Of a stretch of DNA of 32,000 bases, positions 9,354 through 18,308 are shown in pieces (within the stretch, counting starts at the first letter, position 1; each line of letters opens with the position of its first letter). The notes under the pieces are model-generated. The model was not told the DNA's origin. It made no database searches and saw nothing but the letters and a program-made list of their open reading frames with translations. Made by a program: the position numbers and the translations under genes. This stretch comes from Alkanindiges sp. WGS2144. GTDB taxonomy: Bacteria; Pseudomonadota; Gammaproteobacteria; Pseudomonadales; Moraxellaceae. The stretch is taken from NCBI RefSeq assembly GCF_043950625.1, contig NZ_CP171007.1; one strand, 5' to 3'.

Positions 9354-11825
9354 TTATTGCACAGGTGCCCGAAAACGCTTGAGCCGTAGCGCATTGCCCA
9401 GTACGAATACCGAGGAGAGCGCCATGGCTCCAGCGGCAAACATGGGTGATAGCAATAACCCGGACACGGGATACAATAGCCCCGCAGCAATGGGGATCAG
9501 CGCAATATTATAAATAAAGGCCCAAAACAGGTTTTGGCGAATATTGCCAATGGTCGCCTTGCTTAAGGCAATGGCATTGGGTATGCCTTTGAGATTGCCG
9601 GACATGAGTACCACATCGGCTGCTTCAATGGCCACATCAGTGCCGGTGCCAATGGCCATGCCTACATCGGCCTGTGCTAGCGCGGGTGCATCATTAATGC
9701 CATCACCCACAAAGGCCAGCCGGCCATATTTTTGCTGCAACTCATGTACTTTTTCGACCTTACCTGCAGGTAAAACCTCCGCCACTACCTCATCAATATT
9801 TAGTTGTCTGGCAATGGCCTGTGCCGTATGCCGGTTGTCACCAGTAATCATGGCAACTTTGAGACCTAAAGCATGCAAGGCATCAACTGCTGCATAGGTG
9901 GTAGGCTTAATGGGATCAGCCACGGCAATAATAGCCGCGAGGGTTTGGTCAATTGCCACATAGAGCGGTGTTTTACCTTCTTCACCCAGCCGTGTGGCCT
10001 CGGCATTAAAGGCGCTGGTATCCAGACCGAGCTGGTGCATCAGGCGATCTGCCCCAATATGCAGCTGATGGCCGTCAACTTGCGCCTGTATGCCTGATCC
10101 GGTAATGGAGTCAAAAGCTGTGACTGATTGTAAGCTGATGTTTTCCTGTTGTGCTGCCTGCACAATGGCCGCAGCAATCGGATGCTCCGATTTGGCTTCA
10201 ACCGACGCCACCAGCATGAGTACCTGCTGACGCTCAAAGCCGGGTTGTACCTTAAAGTCAGTCAGGGTAGGCTTGCCTTCGGTTAAGGTGCCAGTTTTAT
10301 CCACGGCCACCACACGGGTTTCCTGTAGCAATTGTAAGGCCTCACCCTGACGAAACAGCACGCCCATTTCGGCACCGCGTCCGGTACCCACCATAATGGA
10401 TGTTGGCGTGGCAAGCCCCATGGCGCATGGGCAGGCAATAATCAGTACTGCCACCGCATTGACCAGCGCAAAACTCAGCGCAGGTTGTGGGCCGAACATG
10501 AGCCAGACTAAAAAGGTTATGAGTGCCACCAGCATGACCGCGGGCACAAACCACATGGTGATCTTGTCTACCAGTCCCTGAATGGGTAGCTTGGAACCTT
10601 GTGCCTGCTCTACCATGCGGATAATTTGTGCCAGCACCGAAGAAGAACCAACGGCTGTGGCACGGATGCTCAGGCTACCATTTTGGTTAATGGTACCGCC
10701 AATCACCTGATTGCCAGTGTGCTTTTCTACCGGAAGTGGTTCGCCGCTAATCATGGATTCATCAATATAGCTTTGACCCTCTAATATCTCGCCATCAACC
10801 GGGATGCGCTCACCGGGACGAATTTCCACCACTGTACCGCTAAGCACCTCACTGATGGGTACTTCTACCATGTGACCATCGCGCCGGATGCGTGCAGTTT
10901 TGGCCTGCATGCCCAGCAGATGGGTGATGGCCTGAGAGGTACGACCCTTGGCTTTGGCTTCAAAATAGCGCCCAAGCAAAATCAGGCTGACAATCACTGC
11001 CGCTGCCTCAAAATAAACGTGTACTGTACCTTGAGGCAAAACCTGCGGCATGAAAGTAGCCACGACAGAAAAGCTATAAGCGGCCAAAGTGCCTACCGCC
11101 ACCAGAGAGTTCATATCAGGTGCCAGTCGTATCAAAGCCGGAAAACCCTTTTGGTAAAAGCGTCGCCCTGGAAAAACCAGTACCAATGTGGTGAGTACAA
11201 ACTGCATGAGCCAGCTGGGATATTGTCCAATATGTTGTAGCACCCAGCCATGAAAAGCCGGAATCAGGTGCGAGCCCATTTCCAGAATAAACACCGGTAA
11301 AGCCAGCAGTAGGGAAATTATCAGGTCACGCTTGAGCTGCTGTTGCTCTAGGGTTTTTTTATCCTGCGCTTCTGCCTGATCCGGCACAGAAATCCTGGCG
11401 TCATAACCGGCTTTTTTAATGGCCTCAATCAAGTCGCTGGCCTGCACTGTGGCATTGGCTTGCACCCAGGCCTGTTCAGTGGCCAGATTAACCGTAGCAC
11501 TTTGCACGCCGTCTACTTTTTTTAAGGCTTTTTCTACCCGTGCGACACAGGAGGCACACGTCATGCCTTCAATGGACAGCGTCACCGGCTGGGCTGTTAC
11601 CACTTCAAAGCCTGCACGCTTTACTGCCTGGGATAAAGCATCCCGATCCAGTGGTTGTGCTGAAGTCACTAGCGCTTGTTCAGTGGCTAAATTCACACTG
11701 GCAGCTTGTACGCCATCTACTTTTTTAAGGGCTTTTTCCACCCGGCCTACGCAAGATGCACAGGTCATGCCTTCAATAGACAGTGTTTCACGATAGACAG
11801 GCTGTGTTGTGGCTTTGGAACCCAT
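9354..11825 (-). CDS. copA: Copper-translocating P1B-type ATPase with two N-terminal HMA domains
   Basis: 823 aa from the ATG at 11825 ([11 protein letters not shown]...). Two GMTCASC metal-binding domains, CPC transmembrane motif ([11 protein letters not shown]), DKTGTLT phosphorylation site, SEHPIA and GDGINDAP. The track's TTG start at 11903 lies upstream of the mapped promoter and was rejected. Confidence 0.97.
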   Translation of the reverse strand: MGSKATTQPVYRETLSIEGMTCASCVGRVEKALKKVDGVQAASVNLATEQALVTSAQPLDRDALSQAVKRAGFEVVTAQPVTLSIEGMTCASCVARVEKALKKVDGVQSATVNLATEQAWVQANATVQASDLIEAIKKAGYDARISVPDQAEAQDKKTLEQQQLKRDLIISLLLALPVFILEMGSHLIPAFHGWVLQHIGQYPSWLMQFVLTTLVLVFPGRRFYQKGFPALIRLAPDMNSLVAVGTLAAYSFSVVATFMPQVLPQGTVHVYFEAAAVIVSLILLGRYFEAKAKGRTSQAITHLLGMQAKTARIRRDGHMVEVPISEVLSGTVVEIRPGERIPVDGEILEGQSYIDESMISGEPLPVEKHTGNQVIGGTINQNGSLSIRATAVGSSSVLAQIIRMVEQAQGSKLPIQGLVDKITMWFVPAVMLVALITFLVWLMFGPQPALSFALVNAVAVLIIACPCAMGLATPTSIMVGTGRGAEMGVLFRQGEALQLLQETRVVAVDKTGTLTEGKPTLTDFKVQPGFERQQVLMLVASVEAKSEHPIAAAIVQAAQQENISLQSVTAFDSITGSGIQAQVDGHQLHIGADRLMHQLGLDTSAFNAEATRLGEEGKTPLYVAIDQTLAAIIAVADPIKPTTYAAVDALHALGLKVAMITGDNRHTAQAIARQLNIDEVVAEVLPAGKVEKVHELQQKYGRLAFVGDGINDAPALAQADVGMAIGTGTDVAIEAADVVLMSGNLKGIPNAIALSKATIGNIRQNLFWAFIYNIALIPIAAGLLYPVSGLLLSPMFAAGAMALSSVFVLGNALRLKRFRAPVQ

Positions 11826-11859
11826 AAAACACCTCGATAAAATTAACGACTTTGCATGC

Positions 11860-11890
11860 AGCATAAAGATTGACACAATGGGAAGGTCAA
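11860..11890 (-). promoter_or_regulatory. MerR/CueR-type promoter for copA (19-bp spacer)
   Basis: Read on the minus strand: TTGACC (11890-11885), a 19-bp spacer, then TATGCT (11865-11860). The -35 is fused to the CueR half-site ACCTTCC. The over-long 19-bp spacer is the MerR-family hallmark. Confidence 0.7.
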
Positions 11891-11910
11891 GCTTTTTTAT
11901 CAAAGCGGAT

Positions 11911-11941
11911 TTGACCTTCCTACCATGGCAAGCTTTAGAAT
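11911..11941 (+). promoter_or_regulatory. MerR/CueR-type promoter for the copZ-like gene (19-bp spacer)
   Basis: TTGACC (11911-11916), a 19-bp spacer containing CCTTCCTACCATGGCAAG with partial dyad symmetry around CCATGG, then TAGAAT (11936-11941). TTGACCTTCC is a perfect inverted copy of GGAAGGTCAA at 11881-11890. Confidence 0.7.
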
Positions 11942-11979
11942 ATTTTTACCCAGACCAACTTTACTCATGGAGTATGAAT

Positions 11980-12174
11980 ATGAAACTGTATATTGAAAAC
12001 ATGACCTGTGGTGGTTGTGCGCGTGGCGTAACGGCAAGCATTCAGAATGTTGACCCCAATGCCAAGGTGGAGGTGGATTTAGTCACCAAACTGGTAACCG
12101 TAGAGACCATCGCTGCCATTGATAACATTACCGCAGCGCTAGCTGAAGATGGCTTTCCGGCACAGGTACAGTAA
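11980..12174 (+). CDS. copZ: Heavy-metal-associated (HMA) domain copper chaperone, CopZ-like
   Basis: 64 aa (MKLYIENMTCGGCARGV...) with an MxCxxC motif and ferredoxin-like HMA length. A GGAG lies 8 nt upstream of the ATG at 11980. The track's 121-aa version (start 11809) would begin inside copA and upstream of the promoter. Confidence 0.85.
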   Translation: MKLYIENMTCGGCARGVTASIQNVDPNAKVEVDLVTKLVTVETIAAIDNITAALAEDGFPAQVQ

Positions 12175-12246
12175 GTCCGGGCTGGTCGTGGCAGGTTTTG
12201 ACTGGCCACTTTAATGACCAGTCACTGCTCAGTTATCGCGGTAGTC

Positions 12247-12266
12247 GCTGCATATATGCGGCTTTT
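12247..12266 (+). terminator. Candidate intrinsic terminator after copZ
   Basis: GCTGCA-TATA-TGCGGC forms a hairpin (6 bp including one G-U pair, 4-nt loop) followed by TTTT (12263-12266). It starts 73 bp after the copZ stop. Confidence 0.4.
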
Positions 12267-12449
12267 AAGGTTGATCATGAATCAAGCCTGCTGATTTAAC
12301 AAAAAAATTTACCCAAATTGATGCTAAATACTTGGCAAGGTGAATAAAAGCGCTAATCTATGCGCAGGCCAAGCAATAATGCTGCTGCCAGACTTGAGGT
12401 GTGTGCCCATACTGGCAGCGATAATGATTGATTTAATGATGGAATTTTT

Positions 12450-13208
12450 ATGAGTAAAGCGCTTCCCTTTGTTCTTGCAGTTGTTATTGCCGGGGGCGCA
12501 TTAACCCCGGTTTTTCTGGCCAAGCAGGCAGTACCGGGTCAGTCCAAAGGTGCATCAGGGCAACTGGCCGCGGCCAGCAATAGCCAGAAAATCAGTTATG
12601 CGCTGGGTTACCATTCCAGTTCACAAATTCCGGCAGATGTGGATACGGATGCCTTTGCCGATGGGATTCGTGATGGCAAATCTGGCAAGACCCCACGCTT
12701 TAGTGATGAGGAAATTGGTCAGGCTTTTATGGCTTACCAGCAGGAAATGCAGGCTGAACAACAGCAGTTACAACAACAGCCACAACAGGAGCAGTCAGCA
12801 GGGCAACAATCCCAGCAGGACAATAACGCTGCTGGTCAGCAGTTCCTGGCAGAAAATGCTAAAAAACCTGGGGTGATGACGACTCCTAGCGGCTTGCAGT
12901 ATCAGGTGATTCAGGAAGGAAACGGTAAAAAACCAACTGCTTCTTCTGAGGTCAAAGTACACTATGAAGGCAAGCTGATTGATGGCACGGTATTTGATAG
13001 CTCCATCAAGCGCGGTGAACCATTGGCATTCTTGTTAAATCAAGTGATCCCAGGCTGGACAGAAGGCCTGCAACTGATGAAAGAAGGCAGCAAATACCGC
13101 TTTTTTATTCCCCCTGAGCTTGGTTATGGTAAAGCTGGTGCCGGAGAAGCCATTCCCCCCAATAGTGTCCTGATTTTTGATGTGGAACTGCTGAAGGTTA
13201 GACCTTAA
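12450..13208 (+). CDS. FKBP-type peptidyl-prolyl cis-trans isomerase, Mip/FkpA-like, with Gln-rich linker
   Basis: 252 aa. N-terminal hydrophobic signal/anchor, an FKBP_N-like region (ISYALGY...), a low-complexity Q-rich stretch (QQEMQAEQQQLQQQPQQEQSAGQQSQQ), and a C-terminal FKBP domain (GLQYQVIQEGNG...VHYEGKLIDGTVFDSS...VIPGWTEGLQLM...LIFDVELL). Confidence 0.9.
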   Translation: MSKALPFVLAVVIAGGALTPVFLAKQAVPGQSKGASGQLAAASNSQKISYALGYHSSSQIPADVDTDAFADGIRDGKSGKTPRFSDEEIGQAFMAYQQEMQAEQQQLQQQPQQEQSAGQQSQQDNNAAGQQFLAENAKKPGVMTTPSGLQYQVIQEGNGKKPTASSEVKVHYEGKLIDGTVFDSSIKRGEPLAFLLNQVIPGWTEGLQLMKEGSKYRFFIPPELGYGKAGAGEAIPPNSVLIFDVELLKVRP

Positions 13209-13346
13209 CAGCGCGTAGGCATTTAAAGTGGCACAGGACGTGCGACTCAAAGACGAACACCTCGCGTTATTGGCAGGTAAAAAATAATTCTGATGCTGGC
13301 CTGAGCGTGCTATGGGCCCGGCCAGCAATAAACCTTGGAAAAATGA

Positions 13347-14090
13347 ATGATGAAAAAATCCCTGATATGGATAAGCTGTGCAATGCTGGGTGTTTCCGGT
13401 TGTAGCCATGCGGTAAAACCTGCCAGTCAAGCAGTAGTCAAGCAGGAGCATAAGGCTACTACTGTAAATGACCAAAGCAGCGAGCTGCAAAAAGTAGGCT
13501 ATAGTTTTGGTTACCTGATGGGTAAAAGCAATGTTGATGCGGTAAAAGACCTGGATGTAAATAGCTTTGTTCAGGGTTTTCGTGATGGCTATGGAGGCCA
13601 GGCTGCTGTCTTAACCGAGGAGCAAATGAAAAACGCCCTGTTGCAGTACAAGCAAAATCAGGATGCACAGGAAATGAAGGCTTTTGAGCAGCTGGGCAAG
13701 GCCAATGCAGAGCAGGGCGCCGAGTTTTTACGTGACAACGGCAAAAAGGCCGGTGTGACCACCACAGCCAGCGGCCTGCAATATGAAGTCCTAAAACAGG
13801 GTAGTGGCAAACGTCCTACAGCAGATTCGCAAGTGACGGTGCATTATGAAGGTCGCCTGATCAACGGTACGGTATTTGATAGTTCAATTGATCGCGGTGA
13901 ACCGATTACTTTCCCGCTGGATCAGGTAATTGCTGGCTGGACAGAAGGTTTGCAACTGATGCAGGAAGGTGCCAAGTATCGCCTGTTTATTCCTGCAAAT
14001 CTGGCCTATGGCGAAACAGGTGCCGGGCAGACTGTTGGTGCCAATAGCACTTTAATTTTCGATGTGGAATTACTAAAAGTCGAAAAATAG
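13347..14090 (+). CDS. FKBP-type peptidyl-prolyl cis-trans isomerase, Mip/FkpA-like, probable lipoprotein
   Basis: 247 aa. Signal peptide ending in the lipobox-like LGVSGC, an FKBP_N region (VGYSFGYLMG) and an FKBP domain (GLQYEVLKQGSG...VHYEGRLINGTVFDSS...VIAGWTEGLQLM...LIFDVELL). It is a tandem paralog of the preceding gene. Confidence 0.9.
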   Translation: MMKKSLIWISCAMLGVSGCSHAVKPASQAVVKQEHKATTVNDQSSELQKVGYSFGYLMGKSNVDAVKDLDVNSFVQGFRDGYGGQAAVLTEEQMKNALLQYKQNQDAQEMKAFEQLGKANAEQGAEFLRDNGKKAGVTTTASGLQYEVLKQGSGKRPTADSQVTVHYEGRLINGTVFDSSIDRGEPITFPLDQVIAGWTEGLQLMQEGAKYRLFIPANLAYGETGAGQTVGANSTLIFDVELLKVEK

Positions 14091-14150
14091 TTTTGGCTTT
14101 AAAAGCCTGCAAATAGGGCAATCTAAACGCCTGTGATGATCAGCAGCGAA

Positions 14151-14194
14151 CCAGTATAAAAAGCTCAATCTATCGATTCAGCTTTTTATACTGG
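14151..14194. terminator. Long perfect stem-loop between convergent genes (putative bidirectional terminator)
   Basis: CCAGTATAAAAAGCT (14151-14165) is the exact reverse complement of AGCTTTTTATACTGG (14180-14194). An inner AATC/GATT pairing surrounds a TATC loop. It lies between the FKBP stop (14090) and the SDR stop (14210). There is no separate trailing U-tract, so its function is inferred. Confidence 0.45.
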
Positions 14195-14209
14195 TGGCTG
14201 GACGGTTTG

Positions 14210-15088
14210 CTAGCCATTAACCATTTCGCCGCCATTCACATGAATCACCTGACCGGTAATATAACTGGCATCATCAGAGGCTAAAAATAAATAGGCCGGT
14301 GCTACTTCACTGGGCTGTCCCATACGACCCATCGGGGTATCCTGACCAAACTTTGCTACCTGTTCAGCAGTAAAACTACTGGGAATTAATGGTGTCCAGA
14401 TTGGGCCGGGTGCGACGCCATTCACCCGGATACCCCGTTTTTGCTGCATCAGGTTACCCGATAAGCTGCGGGTAAAGGTGGTAATGGCCCCCTTGGTGGC
14501 TGAATAGTCAATCAGCTGCTCGCTACCCTGATAACTGGTGATACTGGTGGTATTAATAATACTGTCACCTTCCTGCAAATGCGGCAATACTGCCCGGGTG
14601 AGCTTGAATATGCCAAAAATATTGATCTGAAACGTTTTTTCCAGTTGCTCATCGCTAATATCAGTCAGGTCTTTTTGCGGGTACTGTACCCCGGCATTAT
14701 TCACCAGAATATTGATTTTGCCGTATTGTTCAATCACTTGCTCGACTGCCTGTTGAACGCCTTCGCTATTGCATACGTTTTGCTGAATGTTCAGGCAGCG
14801 ACGCCCTTCCTGCTCTACCAACTGTTTGGTCAGCGCTGCATCATCAGTTTCTTCCAGATAAATAATGGCAATATCTGCCCCCTCGCGGGCAAACAGTACC
14901 GCGGTAGAACGACCAATCCCACTGTCACCGCCACTAATGAGGGCTACCTTACCTTCCAGCTTGCCGCTGCCTTTGTGGGTTTTTTTAATAATTTCCGGTG
15001 CAGGATACATGGCATCCTGATCGCCCGGCTGATGCGATTGCTCCTGGGCAGGAGCAGCCTGCGGGTATTGTGAAGCTGTGGTAGACAT
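14210..15088 (-). CDS. SDR-family oxidoreductase, YghA/YdaD-like
   Basis: 292 aa from the ATG at 15088 (MSTTASQ...), which has an AGGAG RBS. The track start at 15148 has none. It has the Rossmann motif ALISGGDSGIGRS, catalytic YSATK, and overall collinearity with E. coli YghA (GSGRL/KLEGK..A.(V/I)(T/S)GGDSGIGR...VNGVAPGPIWTPL). Confidence 0.9.
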   Translation of the reverse strand: MSTTASQYPQAAPAQEQSHQPGDQDAMYPAPEIIKKTHKGSGKLEGKVALISGGDSGIGRSTAVLFAREGADIAIIYLEETDDAALTKQLVEQEGRRCLNIQQNVCNSEGVQQAVEQVIEQYGKINILVNNAGVQYPQKDLTDISDEQLEKTFQINIFGIFKLTRAVLPHLQEGDSIINTTSITSYQGSEQLIDYSATKGAITTFTRSLSGNLMQQKRGIRVNGVAPGPIWTPLIPSSFTAEQVAKFGQDTPMGRMGQPSEVAPAYLFLASDDASYITGQVIHVNGGEMVNG

Positions 15089-15375
15089 GCCTGAACTCCT
15101 TATTTTATTTTCAGCATTTACCCTAGCAGTCGCACAGGTTGTAATCATTAAAGACTCGGTGATTTTTGGTAAGGACGTGCACGCACTTTGTAAGTTGCTG
15201 GTGGTCGGATTTTGAAATTTTTTTGAAAAAAATGCTTGTCAAAACTGCTATGATGCCGCGCTTTTAAGCACTTCTTTTTACCATAACTTTGACAAACAAA
15301 GTGCAAAACAGCAGTGAAGATAAAAACGAAAACGCTTAAAAGCCATTAAATAAGATCAACGACATGATGGGGTAG

Positions 15376-15801
15376 ATGATGAAAGCAATATTAGGGGCAC
15401 TGGTTGTTTTAATTTTAGGGCTTTTTTTGTTGATGCAGGGTTGTAGCGAGCGCCGTGATAACAAAAATCTTGCAACACAAGGTATTGAAGTGATCAGTGA
15501 GCCGCTGGATGGCTACACGGAGCGGCGCAAAGCGGGTGTGGTCATTGGTTATAGTGTGGCGCCCGACTTTAAAACCCGGAATGGGGAGCGCTATCACTGT
15601 TCGGGTGAGGTCAGCAAGGAAGTGATTGACCGCTTGCAGGGTTTTCCAGTGATCAAGGTGCGCTATTTGCCGGGTAAACCGTCAGTGTGTAGCGTTGAAG
15701 GGGAAAAAACCGGTGAGCTCTGGTTTGTGATATTGCTGGGTTTGGGTTTGATTATTGGCTCGCTGGCCTATGCTTATAATCAGTGGACACTGCCACGCTA
15801 G
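15376..15801 (+). CDS. Small membrane protein of unknown function (DUF3592-like architecture)
   Basis: 141 aa. N-terminal TM helix, a roughly 90-aa soluble beta-rich segment (VIGYSV...RYHCSGEV...VRYLPGKP) and a C-terminal TM helix (WFVILLGLGLIIGSLAYAY). The family assignment rests on architecture only. An alternative start at 15379 is equally possible. Confidence 0.55.
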   Translation: MMKAILGALVVLILGLFLLMQGCSERRDNKNLATQGIEVISEPLDGYTERRKAGVVIGYSVAPDFKTRNGERYHCSGEVSKEVIDRLQGFPVIKVRYLPGKPSVCSVEGEKTGELWFVILLGLGLIIGSLAYAYNQWTLPR

Positions 15802-15867
15802 CCTGATTGGGGTGCCGCTGCGTTTTGCTATTGATTGCGTAGCGGCACGATCTGGATAAGCCTTTAG

Positions 15868-16530
15868 CTAGGCTGCTTCGTTATGATTAATCAGCGTCAT
15901 AAACGTGGTCAGGTTGGGTATGGTAAATACAGGCAGGTTTAAGACAGGTGTTTGCCACAAGCGCCCATTAGCCACGAGCTGGAAATGTCCGTTTTTTAAC
16001 TCCATACCGGATAAATTTTCATACAGGTAGGTCTTGTTTTTATACTGAATACCATTTTTGAGCAAGGTCAGGTTCTCGTCCAGTCTTAAGCTTGGCTTCT
16101 GGTGGAAGCGTTCCAGCCATACCGGTAAAATGACATTGTGTTCAAGTTGTGCAATCAGCGCATACAGGCTATCTGCGTCATTGACATTGGCATTAATGGT
16201 CAAGGTCTGGTTAGGGTTGATGATTTTAATGCGGTAGTCGTAGTGCCGGTATACCAGATTGAGGGAATGCAGGTTTTTACAAATATAAATCCGTGATTCG
16301 GGGATAATCCGGATCGATTTTTCCTTAAATAAATTTTTACAGGTGATATGCCGGTTATTCACAATGATTTTACGAGTCATGGAGTTTAAGGCAAATCCCA
16401 ATAGTGCCAGATAGCTGATTCCAAGCAGGAAAAGCCCGGTGGGGGTGTCAGCCAGCGACAATATAGGAAAAAATAAAACCAGTAAGATAATCCAGTAAAA
16501 ACGGGTGAGGTTATTGCAAGTAAATTGCAT
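15868..16530 (-). CDS. Hypothetical membrane protein (two N-terminal TM helices plus a roughly 160-aa soluble region)
   Basis: 220 aa ORF with no overlapping alternative. It has hydrophobic helices WIILLVLFFPILSL and LFLLGISYLALLGFAL. The remainder is N/K/I-rich with no motif I recognise. Its layout of two TM helices plus beta-rich modules is reminiscent of bacterial PH (bPH)-type proteins, but that is a guess. Confidence 0.55.
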   Translation of the reverse strand: MQFTCNNLTRFYWIILLVLFFPILSLADTPTGLFLLGISYLALLGFALNSMTRKIIVNNRHITCKNLFKEKSIRIIPESRIYICKNLHSLNLVYRHYDYRIKIINPNQTLTINANVNDADSLYALIAQLEHNVILPVWLERFHQKPSLRLDENLTLLKNGIQYKNKTYLYENLSGMELKNGHFQLVANGRLWQTPVLNLPVFTIPNLTTFMTLINHNEAA

Positions 16531-16706
16531 GGCGGGTTCTGCCTTGAATATTATAGTATGCTGATTTATTGGAAAATATAATAAATAGTGCCAGCAGCGC
16601 TGACAAGTATTTTATCAGTGTGTTGCAAAAATATTTAAGCGCATTCTTAAGTGCATAAAAACCCAGGCCGCCAGATTAGGCAGGCAGCCGTCTTCCTCAA
16701 TTGCGA

Positions 16707-18104
16707 TTAGCTAAACTGTACCTTGAGCCGCACCAGTGCTGAGCGCAGGCCTTCTTCTAGTGTAGGATGATAAAACGGCATGCCCAGCAGTTGCTCAACG
16801 GTAAGTTGCTGCTGGATTGACCAGGCCAGCAAGTGTGCCAAATGCTCCGCTTCAGTGACCAGCAGCTCCGCACCCAGTAGTTTCTTGCTGTCGGGGCAGC
16901 CATACAACTGCACGCTGCCGACATTTTTGCCGGCAATATTGGCGCGTCCTTGCGTGGTGTATGACACTTCACTGGTGGCAAATGGCACACCAGACTGGCT
17001 AAGCTGTTGGTGCGATTGCCCCACAATAGCCATTTGCGGGCTGCCAAACACAATACTTAAGCCCACATAAGGGTCAAACTGCTGCACAGCCTTACCATTA
17101 GCAAGGCGGGCGGCATTGATGCCTGCTATCCGGCCATCAAAACTGGCTTCATGCAGTAGGGCATGGTGAGTTAATACGTCGCCAGCAATAAAAATGGGTA
17201 GTTTATCCAGTTGCCGAGTGCGCAGGTTATGCATGGGCTGTTTAATATTCGCATATTTTTTATCGATATTATCCAGTCCCAGTGTGTTGATGCTGGTCTC
17301 CCGGCCAATGGCCGCCAGCAGATACTCGGCCTGTATGTGTTTGGTTGTGCCATCCCGTTCATAGCTTAGTTGAACCTGCCCGTCTTTTAGTCTGGCTTCT
17401 CCAGTTTTTGCATTACCAATATAGGTTAAATGGCGACACATCAGCTGGGTGGCTTGCTGGCGTAGCTCAGGGCTGGTCAGGCCGCCAATGCTGTCACCTG
17501 TGCCAAGCAAAGTCACTTCAACATTGAGCTGGCTTAAAGCTTGTGCCAGTTCTACCCCAATGGCACCCGTGCCCACCACAATGATACTTTTGGGCAATTC
17601 GGCCAGCTCAAAAATGTGATCACTGGTCAGCATTCGGTCTTTTAATGCCGCCTGCCATTGCGGCAGTACCCGCGGCGTAGAGCCGGTGGCAACAATAGTA
17701 GCTTTGGTGCAAATGGTGTCTTCACCTACCTGTAAGGTAGTGGCATCAATAAACCGGGCACAGCCTGCCTTTTTATGCTGCTCTGGCCAGTGATCCACTT
17801 GGGTTTGCACACTGTCGGTAAAATAGTCACGTTTTTGCTGAATACGCTGCATCACGCGGATGGGGTCAATGCTGGTTTGATTATCAATGCCAAACTTTTG
17901 TGAGTTCTGGCTAATGTTGGCGCGTCTGGCAGCTTCCACCAATAATTTGCTGGGCATGCAGCCCACTCTGGCACAGGTGGTATCCCAGGCACCGTTGTTA
18001 ATCACCAGCACATTAGTGGTGGTTTTAAGCACCTGATCATAGGCCGCCTGTCCGGCAGTGCCTGCGCCAATAATCACCACGTCATAAATATGTTGCTGGG
18101 GCAT
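16707..18104 (-). CDS. Class-I pyridine nucleotide-disulfide oxidoreductase, dihydrolipoyl dehydrogenase family (orphan, no E1/E2 neighbours)
   Basis: 465 aa from the ATG at 18104 (the track start at 18119 is a TTG). FAD motif DVVIIGAGTAG, redox-active disulfide TCARVGCMPSK, NAD motif IVVGTGAIGVE, and the C-terminal dimerisation/His-Glu motif FYHPTLEE. Confidence 0.85.
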   Translation of the reverse strand: MPQQHIYDVVIIGAGTAGQAAYDQVLKTTTNVLVINNGAWDTTCARVGCMPSKLLVEAARRANISQNSQKFGIDNQTSIDPIRVMQRIQQKRDYFTDSVQTQVDHWPEQHKKAGCARFIDATTLQVGEDTICTKATIVATGSTPRVLPQWQAALKDRMLTSDHIFELAELPKSIIVVGTGAIGVELAQALSQLNVEVTLLGTGDSIGGLTSPELRQQATQLMCRHLTYIGNAKTGEARLKDGQVQLSYERDGTTKHIQAEYLLAAIGRETSINTLGLDNIDKKYANIKQPMHNLRTRQLDKLPIFIAGDVLTHHALLHEASFDGRIAGINAARLANGKAVQQFDPYVGLSIVFGSPQMAIVGQSHQQLSQSGVPFATSEVSYTTQGRANIAGKNVGSVQLYGCPDSKKLLGAELLVTEAEHLAHLLAWSIQQQLTVEQLLGMPFYHPTLEEGLRSALVRLKVQFS

Positions 18105-18308
18105 AATCCATTGTTCCAAAATCTGTTATTCATCATCAAACACTATAGCCAACAATCATGCAGCCTAAAGCCCATTTAGCAAAACATAATAAAAAACAAC
18201 ATTTGACAGTCATATGGGCCAAGTCATTTGCACAATAAAAACTAGTCTGACGTTGTGTACTGTCCAAAAAGCGTTATGCTGTATGGCAGCAATAAGAAGG
18301 ACATTTTC

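Noticed and set aside
11809-12174. The track's 121-aa version of the copZ-like ORF and the 849-aa version of copA (TTG start at 11903), which overlap each other head-to-head.
   Set aside because: Both extensions lie upstream of the respective 19-bp-spacer promoters. The copA extension starts with TTG and encodes non-conserved sequence. The internal ATGs at 11825 and 11980 give canonical N-termini (an HMA domain straight away), and 11980 has a GGAG RBS.
12214-12294. A 26-codon ORF (MTSHCSVIAVVAAYMRLLRLIMNQAC) in the copZ-FKBP spacer.
   Set aside because: It has no RBS, it spans the predicted copZ terminator hairpin, and nothing recognisable is encoded. It is most likely a chance ORF.
13295-13326. 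A GCTGGCC...GGCCAGC hairpin between the two FKBP genes, considered as a terminator or attenuator.
   Set aside because: It has a 7-bp stem with a large 18-nt loop and no following U-tract. The evidence is too weak to call, and the two paralogs may simply be co-transcribed.
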